Shown one piece after another: positions 10,973 through 19,357 of a DNA stretch of 64,000 nucleotides (position 1 is the first letter of the stretch; every line of letters begins with the position of its first letter). The position numbers and the translations under genes were made by a program. The stretch spans positions 4,203-68,202 of the forward strand of contig PFCB01000028.1 in NCBI GenBank assembly GCA_002773135.1, written 5' to 3'. The notes under the pieces were generated by a model. The model was given only the letters and a program-made list of their open reading frames with translations. It did no database searches and was not told where the DNA came from. This stretch comes from Candidatus Magasanikbacteria bacterium CG10_big_fil_rev_8_21_14_0_10_47_10 (lineage in GTDB: Bacteria > Patescibacteriota > Patescibacteriia > Magasanikbacterales > UBA922).

Positions 10973-13699
10973 ATGAAGATAGCCATCATCCAATTTCCCG
11001 GCTCCAACTGCGAGCAAGAATCCAGCCAGGCCATAAAAATGGCAGGCATGGAGCCGGTTGAATTCATGTGGAATCATGACCCAAACAGCCTGAGCGAGTT
11101 TGACGGCTATTTTATTGTTGGCGGTTTTTCGTATGAGGACAGATCCCGTGCCGGCATTATCGCGGCAATGGATCCGCTTATGCCATATATTGCAGCAGAG
11201 GCGCTGAAAGGAAAACCGGTGCTTGGCATTTGCAATGGCGCCCAAATTTTGGTGGAAACGGGCCTGGTACCCGGGCTGCGGGGCAATGCCGTGGGTATGG
11301 CGATTGCCACGAACAAACGTGTGAAGCACAGCACGGTACTTGGCACCGGATTTTATAATGCCTGGGTAAACATAGCGGTATCGTGCGATCCGCACAGTTC
11401 GGCTTTTACCCGACATATGCGGCATGGCACGCCAATTCGCGTACCAGTGGCGCACGCGGAAGGCCGATTTATCATTGCCGATGAGCTGGTAACGCAAATG
11501 AAACGATACAACCAGCTCACATTTCGATACACAGACCAAAATGGCAAATGGGCTATTGAATTCCCTGACAATCCAAACGGATCGACGCAGGGCATTGCCG
11601 CGGTCAGCAACCCCGCCGGTAATGTCATGGCCATGATGCCCCATCCGGAACGGACAGACGTTGGCCAGCCCATTTTTACTTCCATGCGTGACTTTATCGC
11701 GGATGAGCGGCGCATTCAGATACGCACTCTTGACTACCGTGTACCAAAAGTCGCAGTACAAAAATATGAGCCTTCGGGCACGGGTATTGTGACGGAATTG
11801 ATCATTACGGACAATGAAGCCGTGACGGTTGAACAAACATTGCGCGCGAAAAAAATTGACGTGTCTGTATCTCGATATTCTCATTGGGCCGCGACCGGCG
11901 AAAACATATCAGCAGAGACACTATCCAAAACCGGCGAATTGTTTAACTCAAACAAAGAGCGGGTGGTAGATAATCTGCCGGCTGAAAAAAACACGCTGTA
12001 CTTGATGGTACGTGATAAAGAGGATTTTGTCGGTCAATCAAAAAAACAGACACTAAAAACGCGCTTTAGTATGAGCGGTCTGCGTGACCTTCTATACAGC
12101 CGCGTCTGGAAGATATCGGCGCAGAGTGGCAATCTTCATGAAGCGATTGAGGCGATAATGGAAACAAATATCCTATTCAACCCGCACGCGCAAGACTGCT
12201 ATATGTTTGCGCCAACTGCGGCCTCACCCGCTAAACCACAGCCTATGCAACAGGAAAAACAGCAAAACATGCCGTCATACGTGAACACAATTACGGAGCA
12301 ACGTAATAACTGTTTGACACGAACCGACGCACCGCTGGGAACGCGATTAGAAGGCAAGGTTCGCGATCGCTATGTTCAGGATGACAAAATTATTCTCATA
12401 ACCACAGACCGCCAAAGCGCCTTTGACCGCGTCCTTGCATCCATCCCTTTTAAGGGACAGGTTCTGAATCTGACCAGTGCCTGGTGGTTTGAGAAAACAA
12501 AACATATTATTCCCAATCATGTTATTGAAATCCCGGATCCAAACGTCACCGTGGGAAAAAAGGTAGATGTTTTTCCGGTTGAATTTGTCGTGCGGGGATA
12601 TATTACCGGTACGACGGATACATCTGCATGGGTTAACTACAATAAAGGCGTGCGAGATTTTTGTGGTAATCAGCTGCCGGAAGGGCTGAAAAAAAATCAA
12701 AAGTTTGACTTCCCTATTATTACGCCAACGACAAAAGCCGATGAGCACGACCGCCTTATTTCACCAAAGGATATTATTGACGAAGGCCTGATGACTCAGC
12801 AGGAATGGGATTTTTGCAGCCGTAAGGCGTTGGAGCTGTTTAGCTTTGGCCAGGCAATCGCGCGCGAGCGTGGATTGATTTTAGTGGATACTAAATACGA
12901 AATGGGCCGCGACAAGGATGGCAATATCATTCTTGTTGACGAAATTCACACACCGGACTCCAGCCGCTACTGGATCGCAGCGTCATATGAGGGACGCATG
13001 GCAAACGGCAAAGAGCCGGAAAATATTGATAAAGAATTCCTGCGACTCTGGTTTAAAGATAATTGTGATCCCTATAATGACAAGGAGCTGCCTCCTGCTC
13101 CTCCGGAGCTGGTTGCGGAGCTGTCACGCCGGTACATTATGCTCTATGAAATGATCACTGGTGAAACATTTGTCTTTCCCGAAGATGGACTGCGCGTGGA
13201 AGATAGACTGACAGAGAACCTTGCGACGTACGTCATTGAAAACAAAACACATGACACAGATACCAAAACACATATTGTTGCTGGGGAGGTAGAATTGTCG
13301 CGCGAGATGAAAGTTGTGTTAGTGCTGGGGTCAGAGAAAGACGCGGATTTTGCAAAGAGAATCACTGAGCTGCTTGCGCAGGACGGCATTGCCTTTGACC
13401 AGCACGTGGCCAGCGCGCACAAGGAAGCGGCCAAAGGCCTGGACTTGATTGAACGCTACAAGGACAAACGCGTGATCTATGTCACTATTGCCGGGAGGTC
13501 TAACGCGCTGTCCGGCTTTATGGCCGGCAATTCAGACAAGCCTGTTATCGCCTGTCCCCCATTTACTGACAAAATGGATATGCTGGTCAACATTCACTCT
13601 ACCCTGCAAATGCCAAGCAAAGTACCGGTTATGACTATTTTGGAACCTGGCAATGTTGTGCTGGCGATTAAGAGAATTATGTCACTCATTTCATCTTGA
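10973..13699 (+). CDS. Four-module fusion protein: PurQ (glutaminase) - PurS-like (possibly tandem) - PurC (SAICAR synthetase) - PurE-like (AIR carboxylase/N5-CAIR mutase)
   Basis: 908-aa uninterrupted ORF. aa 1-~240 class I GATase (MKIAIIQFPGSNCE, GICNGAQIL Cys, MPHPER His). aa ~255-430 PurS-like (AVTVEQTLRAKKIDVSVSRY ... ILFNPHAQDCYMF ~ LxNPVIEDY). aa ~445-740 PurC (LEGKVRDRYV..., ITTDRQSAFD). aa ~765-908 PurE-like (MKVVLVLGSEKD..., SAHK, VTIAGRSNALSGFMAGNSDKPVIACPP). Confidence 0.8.
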   Translation: MKIAIIQFPGSNCEQESSQAIKMAGMEPVEFMWNHDPNSLSEFDGYFIVGGFSYEDRSRAGIIAAMDPLMPYIAAEALKGKPVLGICNGAQILVETGLVPGLRGNAVGMAIATNKRVKHSTVLGTGFYNAWVNIAVSCDPHSSAFTRHMRHGTPIRVPVAHAEGRFIIADELVTQMKRYNQLTFRYTDQNGKWAIEFPDNPNGSTQGIAAVSNPAGNVMAMMPHPERTDVGQPIFTSMRDFIADERRIQIRTLDYRVPKVAVQKYEPSGTGIVTELIITDNEAVTVEQTLRAKKIDVSVSRYSHWAATGENISAETLSKTGELFNSNKERVVDNLPAEKNTLYLMVRDKEDFVGQSKKQTLKTRFSMSGLRDLLYSRVWKISAQSGNLHEAIEAIMETNILFNPHAQDCYMFAPTAASPAKPQPMQQEKQQNMPSYVNTITEQRNNCLTRTDAPLGTRLEGKVRDRYVQDDKIILITTDRQSAFDRVLASIPFKGQVLNLTSAWWFEKTKHIIPNHVIEIPDPNVTVGKKVDVFPVEFVVRGYITGTTDTSAWVNYNKGVRDFCGNQLPEGLKKNQKFDFPIITPTTKADEHDRLISPKDIIDEGLMTQQEWDFCSRKALELFSFGQAIARERGLILVDTKYEMGRDKDGNIILVDEIHTPDSSRYWIAASYEGRMANGKEPENIDKEFLRLWFKDNCDPYNDKELPPAPPELVAELSRRYIMLYEMITGETFVFPEDGLRVEDRLTENLATYVIENKTHDTDTKTHIVAGEVELSREMKVVLVLGSEKDADFAKRITELLAQDGIAFDQHVASAHKEAAKGLDLIERYKDKRVIYVTIAGRSNALSGFMAGNSDKPVIACPPFTDKMDMLVNIHSTLQMPSKVPVMTILEPGNVVLAIKRIMSLISS

Positions 13700-13707
13700 G
13701 CCTATCC

Positions 13708-13758
13708 CTTGTGTCATCCTGAACTTGTTTGCCGTGTCATCCTGAACTTGTTTCAGGA
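13708..13758. repeat. Tandem direct repeat (2 x GTGTCATCCTGAACTTGTTT, 23-bp period) whose second copy forms hairpin ATCCTGAA-CTTGT-TTCAGGAT
   Basis: Exact 20-nt copies at 13711-13730 and 13734-13753; 8-bp perfect inverted arms 13738-13745/13751-13758. Confidence 0.7.
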
Positions 13759-13779
13759 TCTCGGTACAATACGTAGTAA

Positions 13780-13800
13780 ATGCTGAAATAAATTCAGCAT
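13780..13800. promoter_or_regulatory. Perfect palindrome ATGCTGAA-ATAAA-TTCAGCAT upstream of purB; candidate operator (related to hairpin at 13738-13758; TACAAT -10-like box at 13765-13770 lies between them)
   Basis: 8-bp perfect inverted arms with 5-nt spacer; shares CTGAA-N5-TTCAG core with the upstream hairpin. Confidence 0.45.
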
Positions 13801-13881
13801 GACAACAATATGGCATAACAACACTACACAATGACATCACGATAGAGTGACAAGGAGACTTCCCTGACGAACGTTAAAAAT

Positions 13882-15243
13882 ATGAATCCCCTTTCATCCA
13901 TTTCACCAATTGACGGACGATACAGAGGCGAGGTACAAGAGCTCGCGGCGTTTTTTAGTGAAATGGCCCTGATGAAATATCGGCTCATGATTGAGGTCGA
14001 GTATTTGATTGCCCTGTCGCATGAGCGCGGTGTGCCGGAGGTAGCGCTATTCAATCCGGAACAAACTGCCTGCTTGCGAGCGGCGTATCAGCAGTTTATG
14101 CTCAATGACGCGGAAAGAGTAAAAAAAATAGAGGCCGTAACCAATCATGATGTTAAAGCCATCGAATATTTTTTGCAAATGAAGGTGAAAGGAACCGATC
14201 TGGAGAAATGCACCTCGTTCATTCACTTTGCGCTTACGAGCGAGGATGTAAACAATCTGGCCTATTCGCTGATGGTACGGGATGCACTGCATACTGTGTA
14301 TTTACCAAGCCTGCGCGCGGTCATCCGATCAATCGAAGAAAAAGCGCTGGCCTACCGTGAGCTCCCCATGCTTGCGCTCACGCACGGTCAAAGCGCCACG
14401 CCAACCACGCTAGGCAAAGAATTTTCTGTGTTTGTCTCTCGACTGTCTCGGCAACTGGAGCCGCTTTCTGCGCATCAGCTGCAGGGCAAGTTTGGTGGAG
14501 CAACCGGTACCTGGGCCGCGCATGTGGTTTCCTATCCAAATGTTGATTGGATTGGGTTTAGTAAAAAATTTATATCGAATCTAGGCCTCTCCCCGAACCT
14601 GATCACCATCCAGATAGAGGATCATGATTCATTGGCAGAGGTGTGTCACACCATGAGTCGTATCAATACCATTTTGATCGACTTTTGTCGTGATATGTGG
14701 AGCTATATCAGCCGCGGGATTATTGCGCAAAAGCCCAAAGAGGGCGAAGTCGGCTCTAGCACCATGCCGCACAAAATCAATCCGATTCAATTTGAAAATG
14801 CAGAAGGTAATTTGGGTATTGCCAATGCGTACTTTTCGCATCTGGCGGCAAAGCTCCCGATTTCCCGCATGCAGCGCGATCTTACAGACAGTACTGTTCT
14901 ACGCAACCAAGGTGTCCCACTGGCACATTCTCTTTTGGCATGTAAAAATATATGCAAAGGGCTTGAACGCGTTGCACCAAATGATATCAAGCTGCGCGAA
15001 GAACTAGATACGCATCCGGAAGTCCTTGCAGAAGCGGTTCAAACAGTATTGCGTAAGCATGGCCAGGGTGATGCCTACGAACAACTCAAGGCAGCAACGC
15101 GGGGAAAGGATATGACGCTTGAGGACCTGCGCGAGTTCATATCACATCTAGATATTTCACAGAGTGATAAAAAAAGACTCATGGAATTGAAACCAACTGA
15201 ATATATTGGTTTGGCCGAAGAAATAACAAAAAAGAATGTCTAG
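13882..15243 (+). CDS. purB: Adenylosuccinate lyase
   Basis: 453 aa; N-terminus MNPLSSISPIDGRYRGEV typical of PurB; fumarate-lyase signature GSSTMPHKINP. Confidence 0.9.
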   Translation: MNPLSSISPIDGRYRGEVQELAAFFSEMALMKYRLMIEVEYLIALSHERGVPEVALFNPEQTACLRAAYQQFMLNDAERVKKIEAVTNHDVKAIEYFLQMKVKGTDLEKCTSFIHFALTSEDVNNLAYSLMVRDALHTVYLPSLRAVIRSIEEKALAYRELPMLALTHGQSATPTTLGKEFSVFVSRLSRQLEPLSAHQLQGKFGGATGTWAAHVVSYPNVDWIGFSKKFISNLGLSPNLITIQIEDHDSLAEVCHTMSRINTILIDFCRDMWSYISRGIIAQKPKEGEVGSSTMPHKINPIQFENAEGNLGIANAYFSHLAAKLPISRMQRDLTDSTVLRNQGVPLAHSLLACKNICKGLERVAPNDIKLREELDTHPEVLAEAVQTVLRKHGQGDAYEQLKAATRGKDMTLEDLREFISHLDISQSDKKRLMELKPTEYIGLAEEITKKNV

Positions 15244-15343
15244 TGGCGTTTACTTGCATTGCTGGATGACTGGCGTGCTCACAATGCGCCGTGCATATAA
15301 CGCTGAACACCTCTGGTAAACCATACGAACTAAGAACTAATAT

Positions 15344-16816
15344 ATGTGCGGCATTATCGGTATCTACTCTCACAAACCCGTTGCGACTGAAATTTATGAC
15401 GGCATGATCCATTTGCAACACCGCGGCACTGACGCGGCCGGTATTTTGACATGCGAAAACGGCCGGTTTCATGTAAAAAAAGGCTCTGGCCTGGTTCGTG
15501 ATATATTTCACCCGGGCAACATGACACGCTTGCAAGGTAACTGGGGGCTTGGACACAATCGGTACTCAACAACAGGAGACTCTTCTGACATAGAAAACGC
15601 ACAACCACGCTATGCCAACTCGCCCTATGGTATTGCCATGGTGCACAACGGGAATCTCACCAATTATTATGATCTTAAAAAAGAGCTTGCCGAGGTGGAC
15701 CGATACAACAGCAACACTGATTCTGACATAGAAACATTGGTGAGTATTTTTGCCTCCAGACTAAATTCCCTTCCACGCCATACACCAATTTTTGAAGCCA
15801 TATGTGCAGCAGTCGAGTCTGTTTTTGATAGAGCAAAAGGTGGATATTCAGTTATTGGAATCATTGCTGGGCAAGGAATGTTTGCGTTTCGTGACCCGCA
15901 CGGCATTCGCCCTCTTGTGTATGGCGCGCGGCACAATGAAGATGGCACACATGACTATATTTTTTCATCAGAAAACACCATGTACTACCCGCTCGGCTTT
16001 CGTTTGCGCGACGATATTGGCCCGGGTGAAGTCATGCTTATCGACACCCAGGGCAACCGCTTTCGCAGAACCCTACGCCGCGACACCTTTACACCCTGCA
16101 TTTTTGAGTACGTCTATCTTGCTCGACCGGATGCTGTCATGAATAACATTTCCGTATATCGCGCGCGTTTGCGAATGGGACAGAATCTGGCTCGCAAGTG
16201 GAAACGTGAGCATCCGGATATTCTTCCTGATGTGGTTGTACCGGTTCCTTTTTCATCTAATACAGCAGCCCTGTCTATGGCACACGAGCTCGGTGTTCGG
16301 TACACTGAGGGGCTTTATAAAAATGCGTATGTGGGGCGGACGTTTATTATGCCGGGACAAGAGAAACGCCGAAAATCTGTATTGCAAAAGCTTTCACCAC
16401 AAGAAACCGAGCTTCGGGGCAAGGTTGTGATGCTTCTTGATGACTCTATTGTTCGCGGAACTACCAGTAAGGAAGTTGTCCGCCTTGTTCGCGATGCTGG
16501 TGCAGAAAAAGTATACTTTGTTTCTGCCTGTCCAGAAGTAAAATACCCAGACTTTTATGGTATTGATATACCAACACAGTCTGAGCTTATAGCATCAAAA
16601 CTGTCAGTAGAAGAAATTGAAAAATTTATTGAAGCTGATATTCTGATGTATCAAGATATTGATGATTTGGTGGAAGCAATTTTACGGCGACGTGATCATG
16701 GAATAGATCGACTCTCTATGCCATGCCTGGATGGATGGTATGTGACCGGTGATATTGATGTGGAAAAAATGGAAGAGATAGAAAGGCAGCGAACGGTGGA
16801 GCGAGCATCGGCGTAA
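15344..16816 (+). CDS. purF: Amidophosphoribosyltransferase
   Basis: 490 aa; N-terminal MCGIIGI (Ntn Cys1), PRTase domain with DDSIVRGTTS. Confidence 0.95.
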   Translation: MCGIIGIYSHKPVATEIYDGMIHLQHRGTDAAGILTCENGRFHVKKGSGLVRDIFHPGNMTRLQGNWGLGHNRYSTTGDSSDIENAQPRYANSPYGIAMVHNGNLTNYYDLKKELAEVDRYNSNTDSDIETLVSIFASRLNSLPRHTPIFEAICAAVESVFDRAKGGYSVIGIIAGQGMFAFRDPHGIRPLVYGARHNEDGTHDYIFSSENTMYYPLGFRLRDDIGPGEVMLIDTQGNRFRRTLRRDTFTPCIFEYVYLARPDAVMNNISVYRARLRMGQNLARKWKREHPDILPDVVVPVPFSSNTAALSMAHELGVRYTEGLYKNAYVGRTFIMPGQEKRRKSVLQKLSPQETELRGKVVMLLDDSIVRGTTSKEVVRLVRDAGAEKVYFVSACPEVKYPDFYGIDIPTQSELIASKLSVEEIEKFIEADILMYQDIDDLVEAILRRRDHGIDRLSMPCLDGWYVTGDIDVEKMEEIERQRTVERASA

Positions 16817-16920
16817 TTATTATTTTTATTACTTATAGTAACAAATGATTTATTGTAATGAGCGCTGATGCGTGGGAAGCACACTGCACCAACGCCCCAA
16901 GCAAACCGCCGCAGAATGTC

Positions 16921-16941
16921 CTCTCCCCTTTTAGGGGAGAG
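16921..16941. repeat. Perfect hairpin CTCTCCCC-TTTTA-GGGGAGAG immediately upstream of the DUF559 gene
   Basis: 8-bp stem, 5-nt loop, seen directly. Confidence 0.6.
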
Positions 16942-16974
16942 ACAGAGAGAGGTACAATCAAGAAAGGAGGGAAT

Positions 16975-17406
16975 ATGCAACAACAGCACAACCGTGCTCG
17001 AAGCGACGAACTGAAAGCCCGACGCAGACAGTTGCGCCAAAAGCAAACGAAGGCTGAAAAAGTATTTTGGCAAGAAGTGCGCGCCTGCCGTACTGGGTAC
17101 CACGTCCGCAGGCAGCACAATATCAGCGCTTTTATCGTTGATTTTTACTGCCATGAGGTAGCTTTGATCATAGAACTCGACGGACCGATTCACCGATATA
17201 CAAAAGACTACGACCGTTGGCGGCAAGCAAAGCTTGAAAGCTGGGGCTATTATGTCATACGATATAACAACAACGAGGTTCTCTTTGACCGAGAGCGCGT
17301 ATTGAATGAGGTTCTTCTCTTCTGTGAAGTGTTGCGTATTTCGATGGCAGTGGCTTCTAGAACCTCTCCCTGTCCCTCTCCTTGCCCTTCGCTGCGCTCG
17401 GGGTGA
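16975..17406 (+). CDS. DUF559 (Vsr-like endonuclease-domain) protein
   Basis: Start at MQQQHNRARSDELKARRRQLRQKQT; core GYHVRRQHNISAFIVDFYCHEVALIIELDGPIHRY...WGYYVIRYNNNEV matches the DUF559 pattern (RRQ...DFyc...ElDG..H....D..R...L...G..V.R..N..V). Confidence 0.75.
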   Translation: MQQQHNRARSDELKARRRQLRQKQTKAEKVFWQEVRACRTGYHVRRQHNISAFIVDFYCHEVALIIELDGPIHRYTKDYDRWRQAKLESWGYYVIRYNNNEVLFDRERVLNEVLLFCEVLRISMAVASRTSPCPSPCPSLRSG

Positions 17407-17440
17407 AGGAGAGGGAACGTTCTAAGACGCCTCTTCTCAA
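17355..17440. terminator. Long imperfect hairpin (AGAACCTCTCCCTGTCCCTCTCCTTGCCC ... GGGGTGAAGGAGAGGGAACGTTCT) overlapping the DUF559 3' end, before purD
   Basis: Arms share AGAAC and TCCCTCTCCTT cores in inverted orientation; CTCTCC motif also present in the hairpin upstream of the same gene. Confidence 0.45.
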
Positions 17441-17467
17441 CCGAATACAAGATAATTTGACCAACGT

Positions 17468-19357
17468 ATGAACATCCTCCTCATCGGATCTGGCGCAAGA
17501 GAACATGCAATCGCCAGAGCTATAAAAAAATCAAAAATACACACAAGCCTGTTTTGTTTTGGAAGCTCAAGCAATCCAGGTATTTTTGCGCTTTCAACTG
17601 GCTACGCCACCGGCACGCTGACGGCAGTGAACGATATCCTCGCATACGCACAGCTCAACCGCATTGACTGGGCAATTATTGGGCCAGAGGCACCGCTTGC
17701 CGCCGGTGTGGTGGACGCGCTGGAAGATGCCGGTATCCCCTGCGTGGGGCCACGCAAGCAGCTGGCACAGCTGGAAAGCAGCAAATCGTTTACCCGAGAG
17801 CTGATGACAAAATACAACATCCCCGGCTGTCCCAAATATACATACTTCTCTTCGCTAGAAGGCGTAGCCACATTCCTCTCTGAGCTAGGTGACGCGTACG
17901 TGATTAAGGCAGACGGCCTGATGGGTGGTAAAGGTGTAAAGGTAGCTGGTGATCACCTGACAAGCCGATACCAGGCATATGATTGGTGCAAAGAACTGCT
18001 GCATGATGGCAAGACATTTTTGATAGAAGAAAAACTGGTTGGCCAGGAATTCTCCTTTATCAGCTTGAGCGACGGAAACAACCTGGCGCACACAATATGT
18101 ATTCAAGATCACAAGCGAGCATATGAGGGCGACACCGGCCCAAATACCGGAGGCATGGGAACATACTCAGATGCCAACCACTCCCTTCCTTTTTTGGAAT
18201 CATCTAACATTGCTGCTGCCAAGCATATAAACGCACTGACAGCCGAGGCACTTCGGCAAGAATTTGGCATGGGCTACCGCGGTGTCTTGTATGGCGGATT
18301 TATGGCCACGGCTGACGGAGTTAAATTAATTGAATATAATGCACGATTTGGCGATCCGGAAGCCATGAATATTTTTGCTCTTTTGGAATCTGACTTTGTT
18401 GAGGCGTGCATGGCAACAATAGAGGGCAGACTGACACAAAATCATATGCAATTCAGTCACAAAGCAAGTGTCTGCAAATATGCAGTACCAAACGGCTATC
18501 CGGATGCCCCTGTTGCGAATCAGTTGATTAACGTTGAAGCAGTAATGAATCCTGATGCCCTTTACTTTTCCGCAGTAGACCAAAAAGCGGACGGATTGTA
18601 TGAAACAGGATCGCGAACTATTGCAGTGGTAGGCATAGCTGATACAATATTATTAGCTGAAAATAGTGCTGAAGAGGAAGTACGTAGAATTCATGGTCCC
18701 CTATTTCATAGAGCAGATATAGGAACCAAATCACTGGTTGATAAACGCGTACAAATGATGCAAGATCTGCGTGGTACGGCTTCTGTTTCTCAAAAGATAC
18801 GAATTGCAGTACTCGGCTCTACTCGAGGCACCAGTCTGCAGCCTGTTATTGATGCAATTGAGCGAGGTGGGCTTCATGGCACGATTGAAGTGGTGATCAG
18901 CAATAACCCAAATGCGTACATTTTACAGCGCGCTGCGCATCACAGTATTCCAAGCATGTACATTGATGGAGCCGGCATGACTCGTGACGAATACGATCAA
19001 AAAATCATTACCGAGCTGTCCAATTATCAAATTGATATTATTTTGCTCATTGGCTATATGCGCATTCTCTCCCCCTCCTTTGTGAAAGCGTATTCGGGAA
19101 AAATTTTAAATGTCCACCCATCTCTGCTGCCAAAGTTTGCCGGGGGCATGGACCTGAACGTACACAAAGCCGTGATTGATGCGGGTGAAACAGAAACAGG
19201 CTGCACGATTCATATGGTTGATGAGGGTGTAGATACAGGCAAAATAGTGCGGCAAAAAAAATGCGGCGTTTCGCCACTCGATACGGCAGAAAGTTTGAAA
19301 GCAAAGGTCCAGGCATTGGAAGGAGAAGCATTTATAGAGGTGATAAAATACATATGA
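17468..19357 (+). CDS. Fusion protein: phosphoribosylamine-glycine ligase (PurD, GAR synthetase) + phosphoribosylglycinamide formyltransferase (PurN, GART)
   Basis: 629 aa; N-terminal MNILLIGSGAREHAIARAI... ATP-grasp PurD (~430 aa); C-terminal IRIAVLGSTRGTSLQPVIDAI...NVHPSLLPKFAGGMDLNVHKAVIDAGETETGCTIHMVDEGVDTG formyltransferase. Stop TGA overlaps purH ATG (ATGA). Confidence 0.85.
   Translation: MNILLIGSGAREHAIARAIKKSKIHTSLFCFGSSSNPGIFALSTGYATGTLTAVNDILAYAQLNRIDWAIIGPEAPLAAGVVDALEDAGIPCVGPRKQLAQLESSKSFTRELMTKYNIPGCPKYTYFSSLEGVATFLSELGDAYVIKADGLMGGKGVKVAGDHLTSRYQAYDWCKELLHDGKTFLIEEKLVGQEFSFISLSDGNNLAHTICIQDHKRAYEGDTGPNTGGMGTYSDANHSLPFLESSNIAAAKHINALTAEALRQEFGMGYRGVLYGGFMATADGVKLIEYNARFGDPEAMNIFALLESDFVEACMATIEGRLTQNHMQFSHKASVCKYAVPNGYPDAPVANQLINVEAVMNPDALYFSAVDQKADGLYETGSRTIAVVGIADTILLAENSAEEEVRRIHGPLFHRADIGTKSLVDKRVQMMQDLRGTASVSQKIRIAVLGSTRGTSLQPVIDAIERGGLHGTIEVVISNNPNAYILQRAAHHSIPSMYIDGAGMTRDEYDQKIITELSNYQIDIILLIGYMRILSPSFVKAYSGKILNVHPSLLPKFAGGMDLNVHKAVIDAGETETGCTIHMVDEGVDTGKIVRQKKCGVSPLDTAESLKAKVQALEGEAFIEVIKYI

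Noticed and set aside
10601-11884. 427-aa minus-strand ORF overlapping purM and the PurQ module
   Set aside because: Antisense to two well-supported pur genes; His/Arg-rich nonsense composition.
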